From Pseudobdellovibrionaceae bacterium (GTDB lineage: Bacteria > Bdellovibrionota > Bdellovibrionia > Bdellovibrionales > Bdellovibrionaceae): a stretch of 37,264 bases of DNA. The notes beneath the pieces were generated by a model. The model searched no databases and had not been told where the DNA came from. It was given only the letters and a program-made list of their open reading frames with translations. This document shows positions 36,431 through 37,264 of this stretch, in pieces. The translations under genes and the position numbers were made by a program. Every line of letters begins with the position of its first letter. Position 1 is the stretch's first letter. Location of the stretch: NCBI GenBank assembly GCA_039810425.1, contig JBDHWW010000030.1, forward strand, positions 1 through 37,264, written 5' to 3'.

Positions 36431-36577
36431 TTTAAAAAATACTAGCAGGACTTACCTTTTCTTAACATAGAAAATCAGGCACTACGGCAACGTTTTACCG
36501 TTTCAGCAGGGCCGAATTAGCGGAAGTCACCCGCCAAGACGGCATTATGTTACCCAAAATGAGGTTGCGACCCAATC

Positions 36578-37264
36578 TTAAAGCCCCGGCAATGGCACCG
36601 TAGCCCCCGAGCGTGGAGTCACGTTCCAAGGCAAGTCTTCGCCGGCGAAAGCTCCTTTAGGGCGCGCATTTGTATTGAGCCAAGTCCACGCGGCGGCTCC
36701 GCCAGATTCGTTGGCGGTATAGGCGGCGGCGCAGGTTTCCAGGATCGGATAATAGTTGCTTTGCCCGTAAGTCGTTTTAGTAGAATCGATTTGCGCAGGG
36801 GTGAAACCATTTTGCTGTATTTCAGTCCAAGATTGGAAGTATGTGCCATCCTTCTTTTTAATTGGCATGGCATATGCGGCACCAAGATGCGGGTCAAACT
36901 GTGGTTCAATAAATTGGCTATTGACGAGAACTGAAAGCCAGCTGAGGTTACCACTGGTTAAAAACCCTTTTTCTTTGCCGATGCCCAAGATCGCTAAAAA
37001 GTAGTAGTGCATCCACGGAGGCGTCACCGCACTCACATTCGTAGCGTTGACTTCCCCGGCACTCACTCCGGCATTCCCCTCATCCCAAAAATGCATTGGT
37101 GAAAAACCCATGGCAGGCTTTAAATTCTGATTCGCCCAGGCCCAGTTAGCGTTGGATTGCAGTGGGGTCCCAGTAATACCGCGAGCTCCTTCCCACAAAG
37201 CCAAGGCATCGTTCACACCCATCAAGAAGTAAGCTCTTTCCGGAGTCCCGTCGGGAGAAAAGAA
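36578..37264 (-). CDS. Partial hypothetical protein (5' end outside window), Trp/Tyr/Asn-rich
   Basis: Frame stays open to the window edge (FFSPDGTPERAYFLMGV...). Confidence 0.75.
   Translation of the reverse strand, partial: FFSPDGTPERAYFLMGVNDALALWEGARGITGTPLQSNANWAWANQNLKPAMGFSPMHFWDEGNAGVSAGEVNATNVSAVTPPWMHYYFLAILGIGKEKGFLTSGNLSWLSVLVNSQFIEPQFDPHLGAAYAMPIKKKDGTYFQSWTEIQQNGFTPAQIDSTKTTYGQSNYYPILETCAAAYTANESGGAAAWTWLNTNARPKGAFAGEDLPWNVTPRSGATVPLPGL

Overview
A 37.3-kb bacterial chromosomal segment. Gene content and style suggest a Bdellovibrio-like organism (inference). No tRNA/rRNA, CRISPR array, integrase or transposase was seen. In order: TetR regulator; Kef-type K+ antiporter; DUF1304 protein; an FNR-like regulator heading a cbb3 oxidase operon (ccoI-ccoS-fused ccoNO-ccoQ-monoheme ccoP-ccoG-DsbD/TauE-like, no ccoH); an RND MFP-pump-TolC operon; GFA protein; a lexA-imuA-imuB-dnaE2 mutagenesis cassette with a divergent SRAP gene; RMD1-like protein; hflX; a deleted truC-like pseudogene; rhomboid protease; several hypotheticals; pirin; Ser/Thr kinase; a WYL-like membrane protein; a duplicated-domain secreted protein paired with a membrane-anchored TAXI protein; and a partial CDS. 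The most notable signals are: (1) a candidate new LexA operator GTAC-N7-GTAC placed on the lexA promoter; (2) -10 boxes 6 nt before ATG at many genes, implying leaderless mRNAs, including a -41.5 FNR-type site for the cco operon; (3) an RND adaptor lacking the alpha-hairpin; (4) two candidate structured RNAs; (5) two complementary halves of a MITE-like repeat.
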